Shown: piece by piece, positions 11,213-24,795 of the stretch | Numbering within the stretch: the first letter of the stretch is position 1 | How the letters are laid out: every line of letters starts with the position of its first letter | Source: Eledone cirrhosa | Taxonomy: Eukaryota | DNA: 64,000 nucleotides | Reading direction: 5' to 3' | Assembly (NCBI GenBank): GCA_964016885.1 | Contig: OZ024740.1 | Span: forward strand, 101,184,001 to 101,248,000 | Translations under genes and position numbers: made by a program | The notes under the pieces: model-generated | Seen by the model: only the letters and a program-made list of their open reading frames with translations | The model's database searches: none | What the model was told of the DNA's origin: nothing

Positions 11213-12346
11213 CACATATATATACATACATATGATTACAAGATTTCAGCTTGATATATGAAAACTAAAGATCCATTCCCAAATAATTTATCATCATCAT
11301 CATAATCAACACCAACACCAACACCACTATATTCTACTCAACTTTACATCGTCTTTATAGCAAACATTGGATTGCTCAGATTTGCAATATTGATTCTTCC
11401 AAGTGGCATTCCATTCAATAACGCTTCTCTTTGATCATCATATTTAAATGTCTAACATTCGATCCTCCTATAGCTTCCTTCTCAGATGCTAAAAATCTAC
11501 ATTATATTTATCATTGAAATAAAAGATGTCGGAAGCCCAGTTACAAACTATTAGATTATACTGTATATATATTTAGGCTTGAAATATTCCATAGCCGTCC
11601 TTGTCTATGTGTCCAGCCATTTTCTGTAAAGACTTTAGAACTACAGCAACACCTTCTATAACACCACCACCACAACAAAACACGTGTTTTAATGCCATTT
11701 CCCTTATTAAAGCAGCCATTAGCTTTGCAGACTTCATGACTTTATACTTATTATGCAGTTCTTCTTGAAGGAATGTTTTATATCTGGATTCCCTCCCTAA
11801 TGCCAACCGTTTTAGGCACCTCATACATCACAGGTATATTGTGTATCTATTTTAAACTAGATACACACAAACATCTACTTCTACTAAATGGAGTAACAGC
11901 TATGTAGTCACTTGACTTGTTAGAAAAAACAGGCATGGGTTAGACCAGTCAATATGGTATGAGAGTGTTCTTCTCCAGAGTTACAGTCCTCCTAGACAGG
12001 TCACTGGGCCATATATTGCTCATATATTTCAGTCTTTTAATCAATGTCCTTGATAATAGGTCTGTTTAGTCCGGATTTATTTGGAGCTAAAGAACAACAA
12101 TTATAGCTAAAACCCTTTAGAGGCGTTCAAGTATGTAGCCAAACAAAACAATGTATTTTGCATCTTATCAGACATTGTAGCTAAACATATGGCACAAGAA
12201 AATCTAAAGACTAAGTTTTCACTTTCTTGCAGCACAACAGTGACAAAACAAGAAAATATTTATGCTATGTAATAGTTTCATTTCCAAATTTATTCTCAAA
12301 CGTGATAAATATTTAATGTGTTCGCCCCTACAGTGTATTGAGGTAA

Positions 12347-12742
12347 TACGGAATGGGCCTCCATCAATTTTCATGATGAGTGAGCTAGTTATTCAACCAA
12401 TGGAGCAGCCTGCTCATGAAATGTGCGAGTGATAGACACTGTGCAGACATGTACATTTAATGTAATTCTCAAGGATATTCATACTGGTGTAATGATACTT
12501 TGCATCTCAGTACATGCCATGGAAGGGCATCTAGCCATAGAAATCATGACAAAATGGAGCATGTGCACGACTGTCATCTGACCAGTCTACTCCTAGTATA
12601 TTTCTGTCTACCTTATTTTACTCACATGGCTTAGGTTGACTCAAGCCATGACACCTGCCTAATATGATACACAGTGGGATCAAATCTGGGAACATATGAT
12701 TATGAAGCAAAGTTTTTAACCATTCAGACATGCTGCATCAAC
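12347..12742 (-). mobile_element. Old tRNA-SINE family S3 with 13-bp TSD TGTATTGAGGTAA
   Basis: Degenerate tRNA-like head on the minus strand (12650-12735); direct repeat at 12334-12346 and 12743-12755; related heads near 21060(+), 30620(-), 37600(-), 53640(-). Confidence 0.6.
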
Positions 12743-12976
12743 TGTATTGAGGTAAATAATAAATATACACCACATTTGGAGTGTAGTAAAACCATTATAT
12801 GAGCTACGTCAGAAGTAACAGGACTTAGTGTGCTGTGTGAGCTATGAATGAGGTAGGGATTAGCAGGTCATGTTACTATGTAACATAAAATCTGGGGAGT
12901 ATATAACTGCGATCTAAGCTCTCTGCAGCCATTGTATGTTCTTTCCATGTGCTTTTGTTAACAGCTCCTCAATTTT

Positions 12977-13320
12977 ATGTCATCAAGCAATGGGCAAAGA
13001 GCAACAAACCAACCTGTAGTTTCTGTTCTGGCTGGGGAATACTCCATCAGAAGCCCTCAGAAATACTGCAGTAAGTGTATGGAGATGAAACGATGTCATG
13101 CTTACAGGTTTTTGCATAGCACAAAAGGTTCAATGACAACCCCAAGAGCAGAAAGCCTTCAATAAGCAGGACTGAGGCCAATGCTGAGTGCATGAGGCAG
13201 GTGGTGCATGACAATCATCAGCTAACTGTTCAAGTAAATGCAAGAAAGCTGGGAATGAGCCACAACAGTGTTTGAAAGATTATCACTGATGATTTGGGCA
13301 TGCAGAAGATCTGCATGATA
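12977..13320 (+). pseudogene. Decayed Tc1/mariner transposase N-terminal (HTH) region
   Basis: Across stops and frameshifts it reads LGNTPSEA..ILQ*VYGDETMS..VF.*HKRF..PKSRKPS.SRTEAN..QVVHDNHQLTV..LGMS..V*KIITDDLGMQKIC. Confidence 0.8.
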
Positions 13321-14733
13321 TATATTTTTTTGTAAGCCCAGTCCTGTTTCTTTTATGACACACCTCATATACTTTCATGGAAGGCAACATAGATGTACTT
13401 AATAAATGTTAACAGTAACAACAACAACCCCTACTATTATTAGAATAAAAGTAATCAATTAGTATTAAATTTTATATTTTGTTAATTACATATTTTATTA
13501 ATTTGAGTTTAATTATACATTGCAATACTTGTATATGTTAAATTGCATATCACTTATTGAACATTTTGTCTAATAAATATGTCAGTAGCTTTTTCCTGTC
13601 AGTATATTAATGTAGCCTTTTACATAGTCGGTCTCTGTCTCTCTCTCTCTCTCTCTTTCTGAGTCTCTGTTGGAATTCATTTTAGTTGAGAAACCTTTTT
13701 CCTGTGCTATTCCTTAGGTTTCCAGCTGTTGTTGTTTAGCTCTAAGTCCACCTTAATTGAGCTGATGTATGGACAAGGACATTCAAGTCACACATCATTA
13801 TAGAATCTTCTAATGAATATCGAGGATAACATTATCTGATGTGTTCTTTCCATTTGTTTAAGATGGTATCGAGTGATTCAAGAGAGACATACCGTATATA
13901 CTCAAATATAAGCCAAAGAATATGTGACCAAAATATCGATTGTAGAAGTGGGTCAGCTTATATTCAAGGTCAATATTTTGATGATTTTCACCAACTTCAC
14001 ATTCTATGTAAATATGGTTTGAATGTTTGCCCATTTCTCAGACATAAAATAGTGGAATTAGCTTATATTCGAGTATATACGGTAGTTGCTATGTCTTGTA
14101 AGGCAAACAACCACATATAGACTCCCACATTAATGTAAGCATGGTTGTTTTGTTTTTAAAGATTCCTAAAAAATGTTATCAATGTCACAAAAAGTCATGA
14201 ATTACTGTGTTCCCCAAAGAACATTGAAGGAACAATTATATAAGGTTAACAGCTAGCAAATAATTATTTCCTTCTATTTGAACTTGGATGGAAGTTACTG
14301 TATACTTATAATAACATATTGTGTATGGTAGTTACATACCTATGTGATAGTTACATACAATTACATACTGCTTATATGATAGTTATATAAATTCATATAC
14401 TCTCTGTATAGTAGTTACATAAAATCATATACTAACTGTATTTAATGATCTGGTATTCGAAGCATAGTTTAACAGAGGCATTTACATAAAATTATGATGA
14501 AAGGTTTTTTAGATACATGTAAATATTTTATAGCTAGCAGTATTAAGTCTTTGGCCTGAAATACGAAATATAAGGTAAAGTTGTTTTTTGGTGTTGTTTG
14601 TCTTACTTTACTCTAATTTTCATTCCTTTATCTCTTATTTAGTTTCTACTGCATTTTCCCAAACTATCCAAACCATATACATTCACACACACATGCGCAA
14701 GCAGAGTATATATATATACATATATATATAAAC

Positions 14734-15003
14734 AATTTACTTTTACAACCATTGAATATTAAGTGAACTCAAAGTGAACGGCTTCACTGCAGGTTTTTGA
14801 CTATGAAAGATAGTCTAATATGTTGGGCATATAAGCATGTGGAGACAGAAAATTCGTACAGCATTTTTTCTGTCTCCACCCGCCAAGCTTATTAGACTTC
14901 TGTCTCCATATGCCAAGCTTATTAGACTATCATTCATAGTCAAAAACGTGCATTGAAGCTGTTAACTTCAAGTTAACTGAATATTCAACAGTTTTAAAAG
15001 TAG

Positions 15004-15006
<3 letters not shown>
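14734..15006. mobile_element. Fold-back/MITE-like element in (TA)n, about 115 bp inverted arms, internal 30-bp duplication
   Basis: aatttactttta..gactatgaaagatagtctaata pairs with tattagactatcattcatagtc..taaaagtagatt. Confidence 0.75.
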
Positions 15007-15041
<35 letters not shown>

Positions 15042-15384
15042 TATATGGTGGCTGCCAACATATTTTCGAGTATGGCTACTACTTTATATCCATGTAGGAG
15101 AAGCCCTACCGATGCGCTGAACGAGTGTGACTTTTTAGTCCAGCCAGCGACTTGAAAACTCTGATACAAAAACTACACTTGTGACAATTATTGATACATA
15201 GTGCTGGGTCCATAGTACCATGTGACGACAAGTGCAGAGAGATCTCCAGATATAAAGCAATGCCTGTGCTATGAAGCTTTTATAGTGAGCAAAGGCACTG
15301 TACAAAGCCAGTCCCACTCTCTTAACCAAGATGATATTTACCAAAAAGAAGAACAAGTCAACATCATTGGATACCATCAGAGTT

Positions 15385-15653
15385 GCAGGTGTTATATCAG
15401 AGTTTTCCTTCTCCTAGAATTCTGCCTTGACAAAGGCTAAGGGGTCATCTCTCCCGGTGATTTTGGATGGCCATTGACTCTTAAGACCTCCTTTGCTCTT
15501 TGACAGGTTTTGTTTTTAGTCCTGCAGGATGTCCAAAGTCACCCTCCTCACCAAGAAACCTTGGTGGGGTTGCCAGTTTAGCCGCCAATGACCCGATCAT
15601 GAGACAGGTTGTACTGGGATACATGTTACCAGTAGCACCAACTGGTGACCTGA
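15385..15653 (-). mobile_element. Probable RTE-type 5' region fragment
   Basis: CAGAGTTTTCCTTCTCCTAG..AAGGCTAAG motif recalled from RTE 5' ends; similar sequence at 27565-27730. Confidence 0.4.
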
Positions 15654-17007
15654 CATATATATATACATATATATATATACACACATATATATATATATAA
15701 AGCCCAAATGATCTATTCACATTATCCCAAACCCATGGCCTCCAGGAACGGGATCCATTAGAACTCAGCTATCTCAGATAGTGCTAAGTTCAATATCTTG
15801 ATAGCGGATCTGGTAAGGGTGATGAGAAATGTGCCCCACGTGTGCAATCCAACTGAGTTAAATCAATAATAAATATAGAAAAGAAAAAAAGTATCATTCA
15901 CCATAGAAATCTTTCTGTCAACCATTATATATATAGCTGCTACAGCAGGGTTACTTATGACCAATAAAACTTGGCTTTGTTGATAATGCTTGAACTGGCA
16001 TTGCTGAGTTATCAAATTTGCTATTTCTCCCAATAAGCTGACATCTTGTTCACTATAAATGGTTATTCTATGGCATTACTTTTGCTCTAGGTGTCTCAAT
16101 AAAGCTATGAATTCTTTTTATCAATGTATGTAATATTAACCAAGGATTAAGAAACATTATTATAGTAGAGCTTATTCTGACATAATATAGAGCTGAAAAA
16201 GGAAAACATAGCATTCTGTTTACAAGCTAAATACCTATGACATTTCATTCAATATCAGTATTTGACAATATTTATTTTTTCCATTCTTTCTCTTAAGCCT
16301 CATTCTCATCTATGATTAAAGTTTACAACTGTAATGCACAATGGATTTAAAACAAACTTTTCAGTAGAATTAACTTCACCAAAGAGAAAAAGAATGATTA
16401 TGGTTTTGTCAAAAGATAAGAAAAATAAAACAAGTTTAATGATTAGTAGCAACTAAAACCGAAATACTACAAAGAAAACCTATATAAGGACTAATTTCAA
16501 TAAGCTGAGATTAACAATAAAGCAATGTAGAGATTGAAGTGTAAAAAAACTATAAATAGAGCTATATGATATGTTTGTGTATTTTTTCATTGTCATTGTC
16601 ATATGTTGTATTCCTTGGAACTAAAACTTACACTATGTCTCTATTTCCTTCAGCAATTTCTGTACATTACTTAACCCAATAAAAGCATATATGAACCCAG
16701 ATATAACAATCATCATCATCATCATTCAACATCTTTTCCCACATGTTTAGGAATAGTAAACATGTATGTAGTCATACTGTGAGTATTTTAAGCTATCATA
16801 TCACATCTACCTTGGCTTTGGAATTAGAGTGGTGTATATATGTATTTCCCAGGTGTTACTGTTCATCCGCAATCATTCAATTACACCCATATGTCAAGAT
16901 ATGAAAAATAATAAAGTCTTATAAATTTTGTAAACAAACTATTTTCGTTGAAAATGATTTACATATTGTGCAAGCTTGACCAGCTAGTATTAATTAGTGA
17001 TAACAAT

Positions 17008-17197
17008 GGCGGTGGATTGGCAGTATCAGTAGAGAGTCGGACGCCATGCTTTCCAGCATAGTTACGTCCCTTTACAGTTTGAGTTCAAATCCCGCCGAGG
17101 TTCACTTTGCCTTTCATCCTTACAGGGTCGATAAAATAAAGTACCAGTAATATACTGGGTAATTGCTGGCCTTGTGCCAAAACAGTAGAAACAATTA
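17008..17197 (+). mobile_element. SINE S2 with 17-bp TSD
   Basis: Full head, core and tail; TSD ATTAATTAGTGATAACA at 16989-17005 and 17194-17210. Confidence 0.92.
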
Positions 17198-18194
17198 ATT
17201 AGTGATAACACTAACACAGTGTAATACATTACAGAATAAAGACAAATATGATCCCACATACAATTTGTCACTGTATAATAAACATACATTTAGTCTGGCT
17301 ATTGAAAGCTTATTTCCATATAGTGCATGTTTAGCTGTGATTTAGAGTAAGGTGTATATATGGACCTGTCTACAACAATTTTCCTTCTAATAGATGCTCT
17401 ATGAAAGAATTCGATCGTGAATACAAGCAGCCATAATGGGGGTTCCTCCAAAGGGTCTTTGGACTAATGTTACTCAGTAGAGTGTATAACTCATGGATCA
17501 GACAGTCACTCCAGGTAGAGTAGCTACTCCTCGGAGTTGAGAAAACACAGCTTTTTTATTACAAACATGTGAATGTCTGAGGAGACAATCACTGAACAGA
17601 TTGTATGGGTAAAACCAAATGGTAGGAAACTCAGGATTAGGACTCAAGCAAGTTGATTGGTGGTGGGGATGATGGTCTAATAACTTCCTGACAACGAAGC
17701 TAAATTTGATGGTTAAGACTAGGTTGTATATTATACATTCAGGTAAATATCATCCTTTGAATATAACTGTTTATCACCAAGATGTATATATGAAAGGCAC
17801 TTCATGGCCACTGTCTATTCTGATATGTATAGAGAAATGTTTATGAAGCTATACATATAACTGCTTATGAACATATACACAATCAGAGATATTAAGACCA
17901 TACAAGTGATCATTCAAACTGCCAGAAATAGCCCTCAAATAACCTCCTCCTAATATGAAATAGAAGAAACATTGAATAACACATTCTTAGATGTTGATAA
18001 TAAAGAAGTGGATGAGTATGATGATGATCAAATATTTAAATGAGATGCAAATATTGCCAAATTATTTAAATGAACAATAATTAAGATAATTAAGTTAATG
18101 TTAGCCAATTTAATGCAGAGAGCACTAAAAAGCTAATTCAAAATAATTATGTAATGACAAAACATTCGCACACACACACACACACATATATAAG

Positions 18195-18240
<46 letters not shown>

Positions 18241-18343
18241 CGGTATAGATATGTATATATATATATATATGCATATATATATATAAATATGTATGTATAT
18301 ATATTTGTAAATATGTATATATGTAAGTATATATATATATATA

Positions 18344-18687
18344 ATCATCATCATCATCATTTCATTTTACGTCTGCTTTTTCCCTGCTTGCAAGGGTGGG
18401 ACGGGAACTGATTCTGGCTTTATTTCTACAGCTGGATGCCCTTCCTAACACCAACCTCATTTACAGTGAGTGCTGGGTGCATTTTTGCCGTGGACCCTAC
18501 ACATCCACTTTACAGTGGAATGATAGGGACTGGGGTCCCTATCATCTCATTTCTACAGCTGTGTAAACTGGAGCAATGTGAAATAAAGTGTCTTGCTCAA
18601 GGAAACAAACATCGCCTGGTCTGAGAATTGAACTCACAACCTTTCGATTGCAAAGCCAATGCTCTAACCACTAAGCCATGTGCCTCC
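18344..18687 (-). mobile_element. SINE S1
   Basis: Reverse complement of 140-495; (ATC)n tail; TA flanks. Confidence 0.9.
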
Positions 18688-18809
18688 ATATATATATATA
18701 TATTTATATATGTATGTATATATGTAACACCTCCACATTGTTCTTATTATACACACACACACACATATATATATTGTATATATATACCCCCCCCCCCCCA
18801 TATATATAT

Positions 18810-19040
18810 ATATTTATTAAAATAACAGATTAAAGTTTAAGCAAAGAATCGCTGCTTTCACCCTTAATGGGATCTTCTGAAACTGAAGATCCCGTTAAGG
18901 GTGAAAGCAGCGATTCTTTGCTTAAACTTTAATCTGTTATTTTAATAAATATTTGCTCTACGGTTCTTATATATTTGATATATATTTATCCTTATCGAGC
19001 CCTCTTTGGATTTTACTCTCCAAATTTATTATTATTACTA
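18810..19040 (+). mobile_element. Penelope-like pseudo-LTR fragment with inverted 5' copy and hammerhead core
   Basis: 68-bp arms 18810-18877 and 18885-18952 with 1 mismatch; CTGAAGA-T-CCC-GTTAA-GGG-T-GAAA at 18883-18906; AATAAA downstream; (TA)n flanks. Confidence 0.7.
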
Positions 19041-19041
19041 T

Positions 19042-19072
<31 letters not shown>

Positions 19073-19478
19073 TAGCCAATTACTGTATATACTTGTGGAA
19101 AAGTTGATTCCCTAATATCACCCACACCCCAATTGATTTTTCCGTGTATCTCATGTAAAAGTCAACCCTAGTTCTTTCAGACAATACATCAATAATTGCA
19201 AATCTAGGTGTGATCCTGAACATAAATGTTACAATGAGGAAATTAACTTTTCTATGCTATTATGTTCAAGTATATGCAAGGGGAAATATTTCTAAGAGAT
19301 AAGCAGCCTTATTTATGTGTTTTCTCAATAGGATGTGTGCTTTGATGTGTTGAAACAGTATTATGATTATAATTCATTGTTTTGTTTTTTATACTTTAGC
19401 ATTTATTTGGGTTTCTGATTTTTGATATGGTATTTTGGATTGTAGCTTAAATTTCAGTTCATCCAAATTAGTATCCTT

Positions 19479-19546
19479 GTATAAATTAATATCACAAATT
19501 TAACATAAAAATGTATAAATTAATATCACAAATTTAACATAAAAAA
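19479..19546. repeat. 34-bp tandem duplication
   Basis: TGTATAAATTAATATCACAAATTTAACATAAAAA occurs twice. Confidence 0.9.
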
Positions 19547-22500
19547 TAGTCTTTAATGGTATTTAAATTTCACATGAGTATCTACAGTATTTATATTATT
19601 TCTCTTTTCTTGGCAAGTACATTGGTAAACATTGAATAAGTTTCAGTGTTATTCAGGCCTCATCAGCAAAATAAACCTATCACTGTTTTTAGCAAAGTAG
19701 TTATAAAAAACCCTTTAAGTAAATATACATGATTGTACATTGTTGATGTAAATATTTAAAGAATAAATGCTTCAAGCAAAGTTAAGTTAATGTTAACATA
19801 TTTAATTGAAGGAGCATTAAAATTCTATGTAGAAATAATTATGTGGCATAGAGTAAAACCAAAACCAGTCAACAACTAATATTTATATTTTATAGGCAAA
19901 TATGGGGATAGCTTCCAGCATGTTTTTCTTGATGGTACAACTCACACTAACTCAGGATAATTGGACTCAAATGAGGTTGCAAGGAGTTTCATAGTGTTTT
20001 AATGATAGAGGTGCTAGATGTTACCATTTTCCTGGTGACAAGAGGTGGAGTTTGAACTCCAAATGCCACAGAGCTGAAACAGATACTGTAAGTCATGACT
20101 TACAGTGATGACTTACAGTGCTTCCACAAATCCATCACGCTGGACTGGTACTCTGTGAAACCTAAAATAAGGAAAAGAAAATTTGACCTCAGCAGGATTC
20201 GAACACAAAAGCCAATAAGCCAGAACAAACACTGCAAGGCATTTAATCCTAATGACTTTACTAATTCACATGTTTTTGTCTTACTTTGACCTCATAGCAA
20301 AGCATAGATTTCACTGTATTTGCTAACATATTTTCTTACAATAAACTCTGAAGAATCTATTTTATTACATTATGTATCCAAAAAGTTTATCTCTTCTGTC
20401 ATCATCCACATCATACATATAAAATCTATCTAAAAAGAAAGCAAGACTGAAAAAGCATGGTTATTAAACTATGTTGAACCAATGTAATAGCCCTTACATG
20501 GTCTAAAGATATGCTAGAAATAACAGCCAAATCTCTCTTAAATTACCATTGTAAAAAGAGACACCTGTAAATATGCTTACCATTGTAAAAAGCAAGAACG
20601 ATACATTAAATAATGTAACATAGCTAACACATTATGGCTTGAAAAAAACAAAACCATAGTCCAATATATAAGAATTAAAAAGGCAATTGGAATGCCTTTG
20701 ATAAAAGCTTTGTTGAATCATGGCTAATATCAAGACAAATAACAACATAATTATCATAATTCTACTGCAGGAGCAGACTGCTATAATTCTCCTCCAATCA
20801 TTGCAGCTTTCATAATCAGTTGTGGTTTGATATGGTATGATAGACACTCCTAGACATCGATGGAATTTAAATCTCTAGGCAAAATTTGAACTCAGAATGT
20901 AAATAGCTGGAACATACTGCAAGTTATCTTGTCCAAAACTAACAAATCCACTATAAATTGGTCAGCTATCTCTGCTTATTGCAGAATTGTAGTGGTTGAA
21001 TGTCTCATATACTTTACTTTCAAATCCATTATAGGAGTGCCTATTGTGAATTTGGCTAAGTGAGTGAGTAGTTAGGTAGTTTGCTTCATGTTCATGACAT
21101 ATGGAGTTCGATCCTACTGCATGACACTACATGAGTCTCATTAAGAATTATGTTTAGGGTATTGAGTGTGTGGAATGCTCAATCATTTACATGTTAATTC
21201 ATGAAACAGACATTTGGTTATTTGAACAAATGAATGTTAATCACTGAAACTGACAGAGGATCCACCATCAATTACACACACTTCAGTTTATCAAGGAATT
21301 GTTAAGACAGTCTAAGGATTCAGCCTGCAATAGAGTAGCAACCTTATTATTTGAGCATTTTACCTTTCTTCAGCTTCTCTTCATAGGACAGAACCTAAGC
21401 TCTATGAGGATGTTAGGCATATTAAAGGCTATTAAAGGCTTGTGTCAACATAAACTAGTGTAAAATATAACCAATATGTATACATGTTAGTTCAATATCA
21501 TAATATGGGATGTGAGTGCTATCAGTCCACCATATTAATAGAGGATGCTATATCTTTAAACATAGTCTGCTCAATCAAGGCTAATCTTAGGTTAAACAAC
21601 AGCAGCAACTATCATTATAAACATCAGTAGCAGTATCATTTTCATCATATTTTGCTATGAGAAATAAAGACTAACATTTTTGATGTTCTTTTTGTATGTG
21701 ATGAAGATAAACAGGCTGTCAAATTCAGCAAGATTTGAACTAGAAACACCATGTCACCATCTTATTGCATTTGTCATCCCATTGATGATAAGTATTCAGC
21801 TGCTAAGCACTAACTTACATATTTCATTAATCTTTTCTTCAGTTGATTGTACAAGATGAAAGTTCACAAGTTCCTGCTGTGTGTGATAGCTAAAAGTGTA
21901 CAAATCTCTTTTAGCTGCCATTTTAAAAGGAACAAACATGATTAGCAGGAAGCTCTTACTATAGAAATCAATATCTCTTGAAGTCTAATCCATATGACTT
22001 TGTAGCTGGGGTTAGAATGTCAATAGACATTGCCAACATTGGTAAGTCTCAGACATTTACTATAAATTTAAAAGTACATAGAAGGGTCAGGAGTCCTAAA
22101 GTCTTTGACTAAAACATGGGAAATTTTATTTTAAAAGAAAGCTACCCACATCATAGTAGACATTTCATAAATATGTAAGATATTAATGAATATTTAAGAA
22201 AATTAGTTTAACATCAGATGGAGACTTAGTCTTATAATTACAGTCTCTTAACTCTATCTCTAATATTAGTCTTATAGCTACAGTCTCTGAGCACTATCAC
22301 CAATACTATAATGGCCTAAAAACTTGTCTAAGAACACTTCCTTCATTAGACTTCGGAGAACACATGTACACATATAACCCAAATTATAACCTGCATTTAG
22401 ATCTAACTTGAAATCTGTTGCTGCTGTTTAACTTATGATCTACACAATCCAGTCTTGATCTATCTTGTCTTGTTTTCAGACTCAATATATCTCACACAAC

Positions 22501-22897
22501 ATTGTCCTTTGTTTTCCTTTAAGATATGATGCAATTTAAGTAAGATGTAGCTAATATTTCTAGCAATTTAAACAACCATATAGAAGATGCTTCTTTATAT
22601 TTGATTTTACATTCAATAAAGAGGAAAATACAAGGATAAATTGGCTGTATTTGTTAGAATTGACCATGTTTCCTTTATGTATCTTCATGCTAAACAATTT
22701 ATATTCTAGAAAAGTCATTTGCTGAAATTTATATCCCATAAGAGCATATGTGTATCTGGTTTAGAAAAGATACACACTATCCTTGCATGTTATAAGAGGT
22801 AAAGAAGAGAATATAACTGTAAAACATTGCCTGAAGAGTGAGCCCATGGTTAGTATGGTTAGTCAATGCTAACCTTGATTTAAAAGGGAAAATGTCG

Positions 22898-23118
22898 TTA
22901 AATTTTAACATTCTGTAATGATTCAGCAGAAGATATAAAAAAAAAACAAGTTTATGAATTTAAATGTTTATAGTAATTTACTAGTGGACAGATTGTTGAG
23001 AAAATTTACAATGTTATGATGAAGGGTTTAATTTTTTGTGATGTAGCTATAATTTTGCTTTGTACATTTTTAGAATGTGTTAATGTGGTCTCATTTGGTA
23101 CAGGACGTTAAGAGTTAA
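22898..23118. mobile_element. TTAA-flanked MITE (piggyBac-like), family P2
   Basis: Ends ..TACAGGACGTTAAGAG-TTAA with a degenerate inverted copy at the left end; shorter relative at 54918-55047. Confidence 0.55.
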
Positions 23119-23229
23119 AGAGCTTGCTATCGTTTTTATTGTATAGCACTACAATATGGCCATGTATGTTATCCAACCATATTGTTCAGAGTTTACTCCT
23201 GGGTCACCTGCTGATCTCCTTTACTCTCA

Positions 23230-23652
23230 ACAACATCTGGGAACAATGACTACTCTCACAAAGAGTGAAGTCACTAGAGCAATCAAAGAGCTAGAATAGG
23301 GTAAGTCCTCTGGTGAGGATGAAATTCATCCCAAGATGTTAAAACTCTAACTCATGTGTGCCGGTTGACCTGAAACTCTGGAAAGGTTCCTAACCAATGG
23401 CAATCAGGAGTGATAATCCCATTTTTCAAAAGAAGACAAGAGAAATTGCTCTAATTATAGAGGAATCTCTTCAGTAAGCCTTCTCAGTAAAGTCTATGTT
23501 AGGTGTAGGAATATTGTCGGCTCTAAGCTAGCAGACAAACAGTGTGGTTTTTACCTCGGATGCAGCACAACCAACCAAATATTCACAATGTGGCAGGTCT
23601 TTAAGAAATCATGGGAGTATTGCCAAGTATTGTATGCTTGTTTCTTAGACCT
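23230..23652 (+). pseudogene. Decayed RT fragment of a second RTE lineage (Expander/Rex3-like)
   Basis: SEVTRAIKEL*GKSSGEDEI.PKMLK..SGKVPNQWQSGVIIP..CSNYRGIS..KQCGF..STTNQIFT..SWEY..YACFLDL. Confidence 0.85.
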
Positions 23653-23914
23653 ATATATTATACATATATTTATTTATTTATTTATTCATTTATTCTTATC
23701 TGGGTATGCATTATATATATATATATATAAATTTTCTGCCCACACAAAGTCATTTTCCTCACTGATTCACGAATGTGTACATTCTAATCGGCTGGATTCG
23801 AATTTTAATAATATGGACTTAATTAAATTATTGAGTGAGTGAGGAAACGACCAAAACTGTGTCCATTCTGTTCAATAAGCTTCATCCCATAATTATATAT
23901 ATATATATATATAT

Positions 23915-24078
23915 ATCATCACCGTTTTACGCCCGTTCTTCCACGCTAGCATGGGTTAGACGGGTTGTCCTGTTGTGGGCAGTGTCTGGTCGGCTGACCA
24001 TGCCTTGCTCATACAGGAACTGATTTGGCTTGATTTCTACAGCCGGATGCCCTTCCTAACACCAGCCTCATTTACAGT
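23915..24078 (-). mobile_element. RTE subfamily B 3'-terminal fragment
   Basis: Reverse complement of 41075-41230. Confidence 0.85.
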
Positions 24079-24164
24079 ATATATATGTATGTGTGTGTGT
24101 GTACATATATGTATGTATATATATATATACATATATATGTATGTATATATATATATACACTTAC

Positions 24165-24216
<52 letters not shown>

Positions 24217-24232
24217 TTACATATACATATAT

Positions 24233-24236
24233 ATCG

Positions 24237-24274
<38 letters not shown>

Positions 24275-24545
24275 GTTTAACATCCATTTTCTACGCTAGC
24301 ATGGGTCTGGATGGGAATTGTCCCACTTGAGGCAAGATTGGTTGTCTTGCTCAGGACTGTCTGGTGGGTTTTCTACGGCTGGATGCCCTTCCTAACACCA
24401 ACTACGTTTACAGTGTGGACTGGGAGGTTTTTACTGTGTTACCTACATGGCCACATTACAGCGAGGACTGTGTTTTTTTTTGTCATGACACTTACACGAC
24501 CTCATTTATTTAGGACTGGATGTTGTGGTACCAACATAGCTTTAT
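24233..24545 (-). mobile_element. RTE subfamily A 3'UTR fragment
   Basis: Matches 4956-5265; (ATC)n tail; TA flanks. Confidence 0.88.
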
Positions 24546-24549
24546 ATAG

Positions 24550-24587
<38 letters not shown>

Positions 24588-24767
24588 TTGATCATGCCTT
24601 TATTTTTAAATTTTCTCATTCCTTGTATTTTGATCATGCTTTATTTTTATTTTTTATATTTTTTGTCTTTATTTGTTAATTTTTCATTCGCACCATTTCC
24701 TTTCGCTATATGTCTCTCCACCACTCCCCTACACACCTTTTGAACTCTGTTCCCACACACTTCTCAC

Positions 24768-24795
24768 CTGAGGAAGGGCTTATGCCCGAAACGTC
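24768..24795 (+). ncRNA. Minimal hammerhead ribozyme core of a Penelope-like pseudo-LTR (about 24580-24890)
   Basis: CTGAGGA-A-GGGC-TTAT-GCCC-GAAAC-GTC; AATAAA at 24834-24839; segment bounded by (TA)n. Confidence 0.72.

Noticed and set aside
11573-11824. 83-aa minus-strand ORF (MRCLKRLALG...)
   Set aside because: No recognisable motif or splice support; a length expected by chance
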